Assembly (NCBI GenBank): GCA_964016885.1
Contig: OZ024743.1
Span: forward strand, 232,314,001 to 232,378,000
DNA from: Eledone cirrhosa
Lineage: Eukaryota
Length of the DNA stretch: 64,000 nucleotides
Direction: 5' to 3'
Part shown: positions 13,697-27,951 of the stretch, piece by piece
Layout: every line of letters begins with the position of its first letter
Numbering within the stretch: position 1 is the stretch's first letter
The notes under the pieces: model-generated
What the model saw: the letters and a program-made list of their open reading frames with translations, nothing else
The model's database searches: none
Told to the model about the DNA's origin: nothing
Program-made: the position numbers and the translations under genes

Positions 13697-14035
13697 TAAT
13701 ATAAGATCAAAAGATGGTTAAAAGAGTTCCAAGTATTTTATTATGCACATTTCAAAAACAAATATCATCATGGGATGATATCTGCGTTCTCATCAGATAA
13801 AATAGGGAGACATGATATGAAGCTTAAAAAACACTTGTGAGCAGTGAAGTTTTAAATCAATATATCATATGTTGATTTAAAACTTCACTGCTGACAAGTG
13901 TTTTTTAAACTTCATATCATGTCTCCCTATTTTATCTGATGAGAACGCAGATATCATCCCATGATGATATTTGTTTTTGAAATGCGCATAATAAAATACT
14001 TGGAACTCTTTTACCCATCTTTTGATCTTATATTA
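13697..14035. mobile_element. Near-perfect palindromic mini-element (arms about 165 bp) with two opposed HHRs
   Basis: 13697-13863 is the reverse complement of 13868-14035. Confidence 0.85.
13928..13998 (+). ncRNA. Type I hammerhead ribozyme motif, canonical core (mirror copy on minus strand 13734-13804)
   Basis: tattttat-CTGATGA-gaacgcagatatcatc..gatgatatttgttttt-GAAA-tgcgca-TA-ataaaata; 8-bp stem I, palindromic stem III. Confidence 0.8.
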
Positions 14036-14046
14036 TATATATATAT

Positions 14047-14248
14047 AGGAAAAGAGTCCGGAACCCGACGACTGAGCTCCGGTCGTTTCGACTGCTAGTT
14101 CTGAACAGTTCAGATCTAGCTGTCGAAACGGCCGGAGCTCAGCCGTCGGGTTACTGACTCTTTTCCTATTACACACTTTACTACCCTAAGTATAGAGTAC
14201 TCTGGTGCGTTATTAGGGTCCACCTGGTTCCCTACCACACTTACGTCG

Positions 14249-14251
<3 letters not shown>
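14047..14251 (+). mobile_element. Mini-element X with terminal hairpin (14047-14168) folded at an HHR stem II
   Basis: Related copies at 31066-31228 (-), 32427-32590 (+), 56408-56495 and about 13120-13260. Confidence 0.7.
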
Positions 14252-14288
<37 letters not shown>

Positions 14289-14295
<7 letters not shown>

Positions 14296-14372
14296 AACTC
14301 CTGTGTCACATATATATATATCACAACTCCTGTGTCACATATATATATATCACAACTCCTGTGTCACACTTC

Positions 14373-14414
<42 letters not shown>

Positions 14415-14441
14415 GAGGTGTGACACAGGAGTTGTGATATA
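14289..14441. repeat. Three tandem atcacaactcctgtgtcaca units plus an inverted copy across (TA)n
   Basis: Direct inspection. Confidence 0.85.
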
Positions 14442-14964
14442 TTCGTAAAAAGGAAAAGAAAATGCTGACAAATTTTTCCCAGTGTAAAATAGTTTAATTA
14501 GGAATAAGTATAAATTAGGAATAAGTATAAATTAGTAATAAGTATTAGTTAGTATTCAGTTTTAGTTTAAAATTTTTACAGGTTGCGCATTTCTTATGCT
14601 TTTCAAAAATAATTTTGAGATAGACTGCTCGTGATTTTTGCTCTAATTTTTTCAAATATATATATATATTTGGAAAAAAGGAAAAGAATGACTTCACTTG
14701 TAGCGTTAAAAAATTCATGATTTAATATTATAATATTATGAGTTGGTAGATCCAGATTGGATCTAGTTTGGAGAGCGAAAGGGTATCTCTTGGGATGTAG
14801 GGTGGTTTAGGAAATGTGTGGTACCTAAATCACCACTGGGTGGTACTCACCAATGGGTTGTACTCACCACTTGGTGAAACTCACCACTATTGCGGAATTT
14901 TCATTTTTGTAATTGTATTGTTAGTTGTTATATGTTATGATTATTTTTACTCGTACCATTCTTC

Positions 14965-15165
14965 ATGGCATAGCGTTACGGCCCTTTATGTTCTAATTTC
15001 AAATCCCGCCGAGGTTAGCTTTATTTTTCATCCTTACGGGGTCGAGAAATTAAAGTACCAGTAAGGACTGGGAGCGATTTAATCGACCTTCCTCTCCTTT
15101 TCAAATTGCTGGCCTTGTGCCTAAAAATTAAAATAATTATTATTGTTATTGTTATCATTATTATT
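14965..15165 (+). mobile_element. SINE family 1 (5'-truncated, ATT tail); a degenerate copy follows at about 15168-15370
   Basis: ttcaaatcccgccgaggttagc..catccttacggggtcgagaaattaaagtaccagt. Confidence 0.7.
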
Positions 15166-15774
15166 AGGCAAGTGGGTTTGGTAAATTGTTAGAGAATCAA
15201 AGGTTAGAGGATTCTTTTGCAGGATTTAGGTACCATGGTTTTCATTCTGAATTCTAATCCAGTCAACTTTGCCGGTCATCGTATCGAATCAATAAAATGA
15301 TTTACTGGGATCGATTTAATCGACTTTTCCTTCCACTAAAATTGCTGCTTTTGTGACTAAATTAGAAAGAAACATTTAAAGAAAGGCCGTGTTGTTATTT
15401 CTAACAGATTAAACGACTACAAAGAATTGGGAGTTGTGTTTCCTTTGAGGTGTTTCATGTGATGGTGACGTACAATGTTAGGTTCATTCCACTAAATAGC
15501 CACGGCTTCACTATTAAAATTGATTTTTATGGCACCTACGTTCCAGATCAATATTACCTCGAGTGATTGCAAATAACAAATTAAATCATAATTGCTGCTT
15601 AGAATGTTAATTAAAAAACCATTATCAAAGCAATTTATTTTATGAGAATGTTAATTAAAATGTTGATTTCATCAGTAGACTTTAATATTTGCATCGACGT
15701 TGTGATAAAAGAAATCTTTAGAGTACACAACAATAATATATACGTCAGATGTAACTGCAATGCTAAAAATTACT

Positions 15775-15941
<167 letters not shown>

Positions 15942-16204
15942 GTGTGTGCGCGCACAGGCGTATATGTAAATATGTGAATAAGCCAAACTGACACATAGCA
16001 AGGTCCTCTCCGACATCCTCCGGGGTTCCTTTATGCCGCTTTAACAATGAATAATCCATCCGAAATATAGGGACTAATAAATATTTCCAAAGTAATATGT
16101 CCGGTTCTTTCTTTTTTACTATTTACTTCCTCTTCTCCCTTCAACCACACTTCCCTATTTTTCACCCGATTTTGTTACTGTAATATTTTCTACCTTTTCT
16201 GCAG

Positions 16205-16460
16205 TGATTTCACAATTGTGGCAAAAGAATTTGACAAACTTAAAATGTATAAAAGTTTACTCATTGAAATTGAAGAAAATGCGGTATCTTAAGGGGTTTA
16301 CAATACCAGTGATTGTAAGAGCTCTAAGAATGATCAAAAGAGAATGTTCAACAGAGAATGATCCCTGGCTTACCATCACTTCAAGAATTACAAAAAGTGA
16401 TTTAACTGGCACGGCACTTATATTGAGAAGATCACTTTCGCTGCGAGAATGATAATCATC
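16205..16460 (+). mobile_element. 3' fragment of an RLE-bearing non-LTR retrotransposon (R4/Dong-like)
   Basis: Across frameshifts reads KEFDKLKMYKSLLIEIE..MRYLK..TIPVIVRALRMI..IPGLPSLQELQKV..TGTALILRRSL. Confidence 0.6.
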
Positions 16461-16732
16461 GATGTATTTTCTTTTACATAACTTTATTTGATTATATTCC
16501 ATAATTATATAAGTCGTAAATAATAATTGTTGTAAATATGAATTTAAATAGAAAATTTGCTCATGATATACTTGTAACTATGTAAAATCGTTATATGAAC
16601 TATCTGGTGTGTTTATTTTTGTGGCTTATTATATGCAGAGAATTTCTCTGCCCTCTGTGTCGGGGAGATACTCAGCAATAAATGGAAACAAAACTGAAGG
16701 AAAAGGAATAACAAAAATAATAATTATAATGG

Positions 16733-16911
16733 TTTTTGATTTAAGCACAAGATTTAAACAAGGCAAGATTTGTAGGGAAGGGAAAGTCGATTAAATCGAC
16801 TCCAGTGTGTATCTGGTACTACATTTTATCGACCCTGTAAGGAGGAAAGGCAAAGCTAACCTCAACGGGCTTTGACGTCAGAACGTAAAATGACATAACT
16901 CTATGCCGCAA
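16733..16911 (-). mobile_element. SINE family 1
   Basis: ctggtact..ttttatcgaccctgtaaggaggaaaggcaaagc is the reverse complement of the family core. Confidence 0.7.
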
Positions 16912-17823
16912 TAGGGACTGTACAAACGACACATACAGTAAATAAAAAACAAGAAACAATAGGTAATTTACATAGCTTAAAAGGTTAAACTCAACAATAA
17001 TGTTAAATACGAAGAGATATTAAATAGCACTAACAGTACAGAAGAATAACAAGTAAAGAATTGACATAATGGTCCAATAACCACATTGTGTGACTTGATG
17101 TGTGACCCCACATACCAAAGTGGATATGAATTCTCCCATTTACTGCAAACAGCCGCATATGTATTAGAGACACATTTAGTCAAGATAAATTTTCTATTCT
17201 CAACAGTTTTCATAAAATTTACTCGATGCCAATTACCCTCGCTCTATAGCAACATATATTAACGAGGACATCTTATGAGAGAAAAGCTCTACCTTGAAAT
17301 ATTTAAACTCCGTCCACCTTCTTTCGCTACGAAGGAAGATCGTCTGCTTTTCCTTGTCAAAGAAAATATGCGTTTTGTCTTAACTTCTAGATAGACTTGT
17401 CTGTGAGCTGGGTTTGCTCTGAACGGGCAATAGTTGTTTGATATAAACCACAAAATCTGCAATTCAATGGAATTGAACGAATGCATGCCAGATCACTTCG
17501 TCAACCACCGCGTATCGCAAACTAGTTTACTTGCTGAATATACTTAATAGACACAAGGCCAGGAAATTTTCAAGAAGAGTGTAATTGATAAGTGAACACT
17601 AATACTTGACTGTTACACACGTTATTGACCACAAAAGAATGAAAGACAATGCCCAAATAGTAATGAGGATAAAGATGTAATTATCTAACATATACACAAG
17701 TATCAAAATATATAAATCACTTGTGGGGCACATATTTACCAACCTCATAAGTGGCAAAGCGAAGCCCATTTTTCCGACAAAACAATAATTGTATCAAACG
17801 CATACATATATATACATATATAC

Positions 17824-17863
<40 letters not shown>

Positions 17864-17945
17864 GGTAAACAGAAATAACAACACAATCGGTACTGTATAT
17901 AGAAAGGATATATTAGGTTAACGCTTGATATAGCAGGAAGAGGGG

Positions 17946-17979
17946 CTTAATGTTTCGGACGCTAGTCCTTCATCAGAAG
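17946..17979 (-). ncRNA. Minimal hammerhead motif
   Basis: Minus strand: ctt-CTGATGA-a-ggac tagc gtcc-GAAA-ca-TT-aag. Confidence 0.6.
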
Positions 17980-18061
17980 AAAGAATTAGAAATAAGATAG
18001 AATGAGGAGACGGGTGGTTTGGAATTTGAAAAAAATATCTTTAGATAAAAATAACAGGTCC

Positions 18062-18093
<32 letters not shown>

Positions 18094-18277
18094 GTATATG
18101 TATATATATGTATGTATATATATATGTGTATATATATATATATATGTATGTATGTATATATATGTATATATATGCATATATGTATATATATGTATATATA
18201 TGTATATATATGTATATATATGTATATATATATGTATATATATATATATGTATATATATATATGTATATATATATGT

Positions 18278-18441
<164 letters not shown>

Positions 18442-18553
18442 CAGGGAAAACCACCAGTGTATGGAATCTATAATCTATGGACGGCAGGGTAGACACACAA
18501 TAATTAAAGATATAAATAAAAATGTATATACGCACCTCTATAACTCTATAACA

Positions 18554-18634
18554 CACGCGTACAAATCCAAAGAGATCTGTTTCGCCAGGAAGTTGTTGAC
18601 TGAAATGGAATAGCCTATGGTTCATCAGCGCGTG
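18554..18634 (-). ncRNA. Type I hammerhead ribozyme motif with full stem III
   Basis: Minus strand: cacgcg-CTGATGA-acca..tggc-GAAA-cagatc tctttg gatttg-TA-cgcgtg. Confidence 0.75.
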
Positions 18635-18933
18635 CAAGACTATACATTCCAGACAACTCTAAGAGAATCTAAAACGACCGTCCAGCTACACGCGGCAGAG
18701 AGATGTCACAGCGTGTTTAGGGCAGTAAAACAGTGGTATCTGAGGGACAAGCTGCTAGAAAGGGCAGCCCCAAAACCACTCAAAGCTGTGTGCTCAACCA
18801 AACAGATGGCACACTATCTCTCTATAGTGTGTTACCTTTTCAACATATTGTATTTTAAAGAGCTCGGGATTCCTTTTCCCTTGAGCACAGTATTGACAGG
18901 TAATAACGAGAGTCTATGGCCCCGTTAATTTAT

Positions 18934-18965
<32 letters not shown>

Positions 18966-18970
<5 letters not shown>

Positions 18971-19531
18971 GTAGTTAAGGAAATCAAGACCACAAATTCA
19001 CATAGGAGACATTAGTCACAGAGTATCAACATTCAGTGCAGTTTAATATAGAAAGGGGATATTAATGTCAGTTTACAATTGTTTCACTACTCCATATAAT
19101 GTTTGATTTGGTGTAGAGAAATATAAGTAACATAGAATAATACCATACACAATGAAATTCTCCAGTGCCAAGATGCCCCATCTAGGGAGTTGCTAATCTG
19201 ACGATTCTTTACGGACACGAAACCCTCCCATTTTATTTTTATTTCATTTTTATTTTTATTTCTGCTTTATATATATAGTAATAATCTCATTATCTTTCCC
19301 AAGTTCAGAAGATCTGCTCCATAATATTATTCTATGTTACTTATATTTCTCTGCACCAAATCAATAACTTTCTTACCATCGATTAATCCAGAAACATTAT
19401 ATGGAGTAGTGAAACAATTGTAAACTGACATTACTATCCCCTTTCTATATTAAACTGCACTTAATATTGATGCTCTGTGACTAATGTCTTCTATATGAAT
19501 TTGTGGTCTTGATTTGCTTAACTATTGAATA
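18966..19531. repeat. Inverted repeat (18966-19142 vs 19325-19531) of an HHR-bearing mini-element
   Basis: Arms clearly similar by eye; left end abuts (TA)n. Confidence 0.8.
19302..19426 (+). ncRNA. HHR-like motif with CAGAAGA core and expanded stem II loop
   Basis: agtt-CAGAAGA-t-ctgctccata..tatggagtag-t-GAAA-caattg-TA-aact. Confidence 0.55.
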
Positions 19532-19700
19532 TTTCCAGCTCTGTAACCTAACCTTAGCATGAACCCAGTTTTCCAACTGCTTTCCACTGCATATTGCACA
19601 TCGAGCACCCGCTTTTAAGCTTTGGCTTCTAACACCGTCACCAATCTCTCCTATCCTACTTCTATCTATCTATTTAAGATTGGTTTACTCTTGAACTGTC

Positions 19701-19746
<46 letters not shown>

Positions 19747-19941
19747 TTAGAAACACACAGATACATGCGGACACACACATATACATGAATGCATCCACAC
19801 CCAACCGTGAGTTAAGGGTGCCAACCTCACCGATGTTGCTCAATGAAATATGCCACGAAACTACGTAGTCGAGGAATATAGGAACAGTTTAGGTATGATA
19901 CATTTTATTACTAATTATATCTAAATGTTTCTGCTCTCTTC

Positions 19942-20038
<97 letters not shown>

Positions 20039-20778
20039 GACTCTTTTCATATATATGTATATGTATGTATATACATACACATATATTTCAGTCGCTGCTT
20101 TAACTCTTTCCACGGTTTTTGACGTATTTCTCGCCAACGATAATCCATTCACAGACTTTACGGCTATAATTCTCTTTATTTTTGTCTCTCCATTTCTCTC
20201 TATCTTTTAATGTCTCACTCTATCTTCGTTTTTCGTTCAATCGCCTCCCTTATTCTTTCGCCCCCATTCGCTTCAGAATTATAACTTCTCTTTTTTCATG
20301 TCTTCTTCAGCAAGTAACGTAAACCTCACAACCGCTAATGCAAACTTCAAGCTGTAAACTCAAACTAAATTTCAGTGGTAAACACCGCTTTCCATTTCCA
20401 TTGTTTTCACAATTATATCTCAAACTACACCATCTCATTGCTGCATTCTAACACAAAGTATCATATATGTTATAACAGTACTGGTTAGGTCTGACAACCC
20501 ACGCTGGCTCGCGCATACATACACGCATTCATGTACACATACATTTATATATGCATACGTACATAGGAAAAGACCTGATATGAACACATTTGAGACACAC
20601 AACTAGATCCAGGAACCCAAACCATACACACATAAATACACAACGTGAACATACACATCTCCTAGAAGCACACCCTTCAAAATACACAATCACCTCATAG
20701 GGAGATACACATAAACACGGCACTTACATATGTACACTCTTCCACTACACATTTTCACACACATTCACACACACACAC

Positions 20779-20839
<61 letters not shown>

Positions 20840-20884
20840 TAAGCAAATAACAAATAATGCATCCATATCACAATTAGATTTATC

Positions 20885-20986
<102 letters not shown>

Positions 20987-20988
20987 CA

Positions 20989-21023
<35 letters not shown>

Positions 21024-21025
21024 CA

Positions 21026-21078
<53 letters not shown>

Positions 21079-21080
21079 CT

Positions 21081-21124
<44 letters not shown>

Positions 21125-21471
21125 TATACATACAGACACACATACACACACACACACATAGGAAATAGAAATATAGTTAAGCCTCGACCCGACCCTCACC
21201 TTACATAACCCATGTCACGCCATGACATGCTCTGCCATGCCCTCTCTTAACCTGCACTGCCACGCCCATATCATGGCATAGCTGCAACCATTTTGTCTTG
21301 TAAGATTACAGATGGCACCTCAACCCAGGTATTTGACAATATTCAGTGTTAGAATCTCAATCCTCGATTGTTAAGATACCACTTTACATTTTCAGGTGAC
21401 ATTTATTTAACATTTTATTTCTCCTCCTCTCTTTCTTCTCCCCCTCTCTCTCTCTCTCCTTCTCTCTCTCC

Positions 21472-21611
<140 letters not shown>

Positions 21612-22025
21612 GTTTGTGTGTGTTTACCTATCTGTGTGTACGTGCTTGTATATCAGTATGTCAGTGTGCTTGTGTGTCTGTGTCTGTATATATATATATA
21701 TATATCAAGGAGACAACGCACAGGGGCACAAAAAGTCTCATTAATTTCACGCATTATGTGGATAAGGGGAAAGAAAATTCGACGTGACGGGCTTAAGCCC
21801 TTCTTCAGGAGTACAAAAGAGAGAGAGGATCACATAGGAGGAACAGAAATAAAGGTGGTCCAAGTAACAAAAAAAAAAATCAAAAATAGTGTTTGTCAAA
21901 AAGACAAACCGTGAAAGTAAAACTTCAATACTCATCTTTTTCCATTTTTTAGAGGGTTTTAAACCCTAATATCAGGCTAAAATTTCTTTACTCAATAAAT
22001 ACGGCGAAAGCTTCTATTTCTAATT

Positions 22026-22604
<579 letters not shown>

Positions 22605-23057
22605 TAATAGTAATAATACTATTTATACTTATATATAGTTATACTTAAATATATAATCTATATACAACTATAAATAAGATAAGGGTAATATTTTCTATTA
22701 CCCAGTTACCAGAAAGAAAAATGAGTTTAATGTAAAATATCAGATATACTACAGAGCAGAAATACAACAATGAAAAACAAACAAATTTTTGTTTATTGCA
22801 TTTAATTACTAAATGTCGTTTCTTCCAGACAAATATCTGGATTTATCGGAGCATATACAATGTTAAAACAAATAAATAAATTCCTAATCCTTAGAACATT
22901 CATTAAGATACATTATATTTGAGAAGACTAATTATAATTATTAGTGTGAGTTACAATATACGGAAGAGAATATTATAATGAAAAGATAGTAAAATACATG
23001 CAAGGAATATTACTTAAAAATTAATATATCAAGAGTATCATACCAAGAATATAAATA

Positions 23058-23161
23058 ATTGTTTTCTACTTTTGGCACAAGGCCAGCAATTACCAAGTAC
23101 ATTACTGGTACTTTATTTTATCGACCCCGTAAGGATGAAAGGCAAAGTTAACCTCGGCAGC
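23058..23161 (-). mobile_element. SINE family 1, 5'-truncated
   Basis: Reverse complement of the family core and 3' end. Confidence 0.75.
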
Positions 23162-24955
23162 AGAGAACATGAAATAAGGTAAGATAATTATGTAGTGATA
23201 ACATTAATTTATATATATATATGAATGGGTTAGGGTGTATGTGTGTGCGTGTGTATTAGTTATAGCGATACTTTGCAATGCGTTAAAGCGTAAAACATTT
23301 CCATAGAAAATATTAATGTTGGTACAAATTGGTTTTAATTTCACGTTTGTTGGAGCGGTTTGTTACAGTATTGCTTTTATATACATATTTTATTCCCGGC
23401 AGGTCATGATATGTCGACTGTCGTTTGAAATTCTTCAGTCGTTTTATCTTATACTGTTTGTGTCGTTGATGTAGGTATGATCCTATAGAGTACAGAATCT
23501 ACATTCCGTATATATAGAATTGAATAAATGCCTTACTAAATTAATAACATCTCATCGATACATACAGGGCATACATACATATATACATGGTGGCTGCCAA
23601 CTCGTTTTCGAGTACGGCCATTACTTTATATCCATGTAGGAGAAACCCAACCGATGGGCTGAACGAGTCTGACTTTTTAGTCCAGCCAGCGACTTGAAAA
23701 CTCTGGTACAAACACTACACTTGTGACAATTATTGACATATAGTGTTGGGCCCATCGTACCATGTGACGACAAGTGCAGAGAGATCTCCAGATATAAAGC
23801 AATGCCTGTGCCGTGAAGATTTTATAGTGAGCAAAGGCACTTCACAAAGCCAGTCCCACTCTCTTAACCAAGATGATATTTACCAAAAAGAAGAACAAGT
23901 CAACATCATTGGATACCATCAGGGTTGCAGGTGTTATATCAGAGTTTTCCTTCTCCTAGAATTCTACCTTGACAAAGGTTAAGGGGTCATCTCTCCCGGT
24001 GATTTTGGATGGCCATTGACTCTTAAGTGCTTTGCCCTTTGAGAGGTGCAACCAATACTACATAGGTAGCACAATCCGACCTTTGCACATCCGGATCAAG
24101 GAACACACTAAAACCAGAGCCTCGTCTTTCCGGACACACATAGACAAATGCGGAAACAAAGACGGAAGGCCCATTGTCACAATTCTAGCGACTGAAAGAA
24201 ACGTCGGCACGTTACGTATCAAGGAAGCGCTTTTTATAAAACGCCTGCAACCGCAAATAAACAACCGATCAGAGAGAAGCGAAATGAGATGGCTGGTTTA
24301 AGCTAACAAACGATGCAGCAACACACGCACACACACACACAAACGAGACAACTACACACACACACGCACACACACACAGTAGCATTCCACCATACGAACA
24401 TACTACACTGCCAATACAGAGGAACAAGGCTACAACACACGCACACACACACACACTCAAGCGAGACAACAACACACACATACACACACACAGTAACATT
24501 TAACAAACAGGCAGAGAATGGACTGACAGCTAGCGCCACCCCACTCCCTCATTCGGCCGCTGACCTCTGCCCGACCGACCCCATTTCATGCGCACGCGCG
24601 CTCTGCCGAATACCTCAGATATTCAAAACAACAAACAGCGGAGGACGCGTTTCGCACTTGTCCGACAGATAACCTTTCCCCCACCCCGGAAAAAAAACCC
24701 AGTTGATGGATGTGAATGCGAAATATATAGGGACTATTAAATCTCTCCCAAGGTAACCCTCTCTGGTGTTGTTATTTTATTTTATCCTTTATACTCTTTC
24801 CTTCATTCTTCCACACATCTCATACACACCACGCATCTCAACGTACACCCACTTACATCTCTCTCTCCACCACCGGATCTTATTACCCGGAGATTTACCT
24901 ATTTGCATTGTCGAGGCTTCCAAACGACTTAAAGATATTTACCTATTATTCCACA

Positions 24956-27556
24956 ATGCTTCAAGCAAACTTCAATACTCTCTTATCCTTACACCTGTGC
25001 CAAGAATTGTTTGCATCCGTAAGGGAACTGTTTAGACTGTCGGAGAAATGGGCCAACGCTGGCTGTCAAATTATTTTCCTTAAACGCTGCCTAAAAAACG
25101 ATGTAATCCCCAACACCATCAAGAACATCCGCTTACCAGTAAGCCTACGTACACCAGCTTTCCAAAACACCACTAACCGCATACATCGCACGTGTATTAA
25201 ACAGATCCTGAGACATCTCAACCGCCAATTACACGTCCATAAGCGGACACTCTCAGAGCGGACACATCGACTGCCAATAGCACCCTTAAAAATCACTAAA
25301 GCAATCGACCAGTGCTACCACTCCAGAGTTCAATACCAGAAAAAACGGCTCAAGCGAAAATATGAGTGGATCTTGTCGAAACGCCACAACGAGAACATCG
25401 ACACTAACGAACAGACGGACCAGAACCACGTGGGAAACAACAACTTAACAACCGCCACCCCCGCATCCACCAACACCGAGCCATATCTCAACGATGCGAC
25501 GCACCTGGTCACCGACCTAACTGGCACTCTCACGAGCGACGAGCTGAAACTCCTACACCTCGGACCCAAGTTCATCGTCTCACAACGTCTCGACGACAGA
25601 CTCAAACTCAACATCGAGGCCAACTTTTGTCGAGCCGCTTACCAACTTAAATGGGTGACCGCCATCAACAGCGCCACAGAAAATAACAGCCCCCCCCCCC
25701 CCCCAAGTTCCCCACTTACCACCCCGACAACCCCCCCACCCACCCACCAACCACGAACTCGACACTTAACTTATCAGGCTAAAACACTCCATCTCGGATA
25801 TACTTCACAAACACACACACACAAGCGCAACACATAACCTCACCAAATCTCAACTCACCACTCTCTCCAACTTAAAATCGAAGAACCTCATCTATCTCGC
25901 CTCCGACAAGGGAAAAGAATTCTGCGTCATCAGCAGAGAGGCCTACAACACCCTGGCCCTCCAACACCTTGACGATGACAACCTCTACTCCAAGGTCACT
26001 GGAATCACTCCCGCGCAGATAGAAGAGCACATCAACGCCGCCTGGACCAACATCTGTGACCGGCGGAAGCTCCCGAAGAAGTTGAGATACAACCTCCTCA
26101 CGAGGAACAGACTACCCGTCTTCTACCACCTCGTGAAAACACACAAACAGGGACCCGACCTGAAGATCAGGCTCATCGTATCGAGCGTGGAGGGACCACT
26201 CTACAAAATTGCATGGCTCCTAGCCAGAATACTCAAACCCATCTTAGACACCTTGCCGGGACACGTTAACAGCTCCGAGGAGGTGTTGAAGCGCCTGCAT
26301 CAAATGGATCCCGACACCAGAAGGAATAACAGATATGCCTTCAGCCTTGATGTAGTCGCTCTCTACACCTCGGTCCCGGCACTCCCGGCCGTCAATATAC
26401 TGATGGAACGCGTCCAATCCACCGACCTACACGTGCTTCGGGCTCACCACCACTGACATCCACCAACTCCTATCCATCGTCGTCGACAACACCTACTTCG
26501 GATTCCTTGACCAAACATACCAACAAACCTCGGGATTGCCCATGGGATCAAGCCTATCAGGTGTGCTAGCGATCTCTTACATGGACAATCTCGAACGCAA
26601 GGCACTCAATGCCTGCCACCCCAACGCCGTAGCCTTTTTCTCAAGGTACGTGGACGATATCCTCATCCTCACATCTTCCCAAGACACGGCGAACAGAATC
26701 TATGAGACGTTCAACAACACGGACGAGAACATTGACTTCAGTGTTGAACACCCCAACGAAGACGGGTCACTTGCCCTCCTCGCCTTCCGAATCAACATCA
26801 CGGAACAGGGAAGGATCCACTGCAACTTCTACCGAAAGGCAGCCTGCAGGGACCTGTTCGTTCACTACAAGTCCGCCCTCCCTAACAGTGAAAAAGAGGA
26901 TACATCACGAACGAGATCGCGCGAATCAAATACAGATGCAGCGATCCCGCGAGTGGTGTCACTCATACCAAGCGATTCCTCGAGGTGCTGGAGACGAACG
27001 GGTACCCTACCTCGATCACAGACAGAATAGGAGCACCAGACGCAAGAGACAGAGAGGCACCCAAGGCAAGTGCTTCCTTAAAATGCCACACCTGGGCGAG
27101 AATACCACGAACGCTATCCGCAAGGCTATATGGAGGGAGGGCCTCGACATCCACCTGGCCCACTCGGGCGCCTCCCTGCGAAGATGACTCTCCAGTAAAC
27201 CAGGGAAATCTACTGACGCATGCTCCTTCAGAGACTGCCCGATACGCCATGCGAACTGTTGCCTACGCACATACGTCGTGTATATGATAGAATGTGACAG
27301 GTGCAACCAATACTACATAGGTAGCACAATCCGACCTTTGCACATCCGGATCAAGGAACACACTAAAACCAGGGCCTCGTCTTTCCGGAAACACATAGAC
27401 AAATGCGGAAACAAAGACGGAAGGCCCATTGTCACAATTCTAGCGACTGAAAGAAACGTCGGCACGTTACGTATCAAGGAAGCGCTTTTTATAAAACGCC
27501 TGCAACCGCAAATAAACAACCGATCAGAGAGAAGCGAAATGAGATGGCTGGTTTAA
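24956..27556 (+). pseudogene. PLE polyprotein (N-terminal domain, RT, Cys linker, GIY-YIG) with a few frameshifts and one in-frame TGA
   Basis: FLKRC..VIPN; LGPKF; SDKGK; FYHLVKTHK; SLDVVALYTSVP; GLPMGS; RYVDD; CSFRDCP..CC..VVYMIECDRCNQYYIGSTIRPLHIRIKEH; EALFI..PQIN. Confidence 0.9.
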
Positions 27557-27951
27557 GCTAACAAACGATGCAGCAACACACGCACACGCACACACACACA
27601 CGAGACAACCACACACACACACGCACACACACACAGTAGCATTCCACCATACGAACATACTACACTGCCAATACAGAGGAACAAGGTAACAACACACGCA
27701 CACACACACACTCAAGCGAGACAACAACACACGCACACACACACACACAGTAACATTTAACAAACAGGCAGAGAGTAGACTGACAGCTAGCGCCACCCCA
27801 CTCCCTCATTCGGCCGCTGACCTCTGCCCGACCGACCCCATTTCACGCGCAGCGCGCTCTGCCGAATACCTCAGATATTCAAAACAACAAACAGCGGATG
27901 ACACGTTTCGCACTTGTCCGACAGACAACCTTTCCCCCACCCCGAAAAAAC

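Noticed and set aside
14289-14370. CRISPR-like direct repeats
   Set aside because: Spacers are only TA runs, the context is eukaryotic, and there are no cas genes.
16205-16283. Exon-like segment with a strong acceptor, phase-compatible with the upstream candidates
   Set aside because: The translation continues into the R4/Dong-like retrotransposon C-terminus, so it is a TE remnant.
16977-17486. Minus-strand unique ORFs or exon candidate
   Set aside because: No recognisable domain and weak splice signals.
23403-23474. AG..GT-bounded exon-like segment
   Set aside because: Stop codons in all three frames; at best a non-coding exon, which cannot be supported from sequence alone.
27185-27187. 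In-frame TGA in the PLE ORF as possible selenocysteine
   Set aside because: The context SLRR*LSS fits a CGA>TGA CpG mutation rather than a conserved Cys position, and the copy has other disabling frameshifts.
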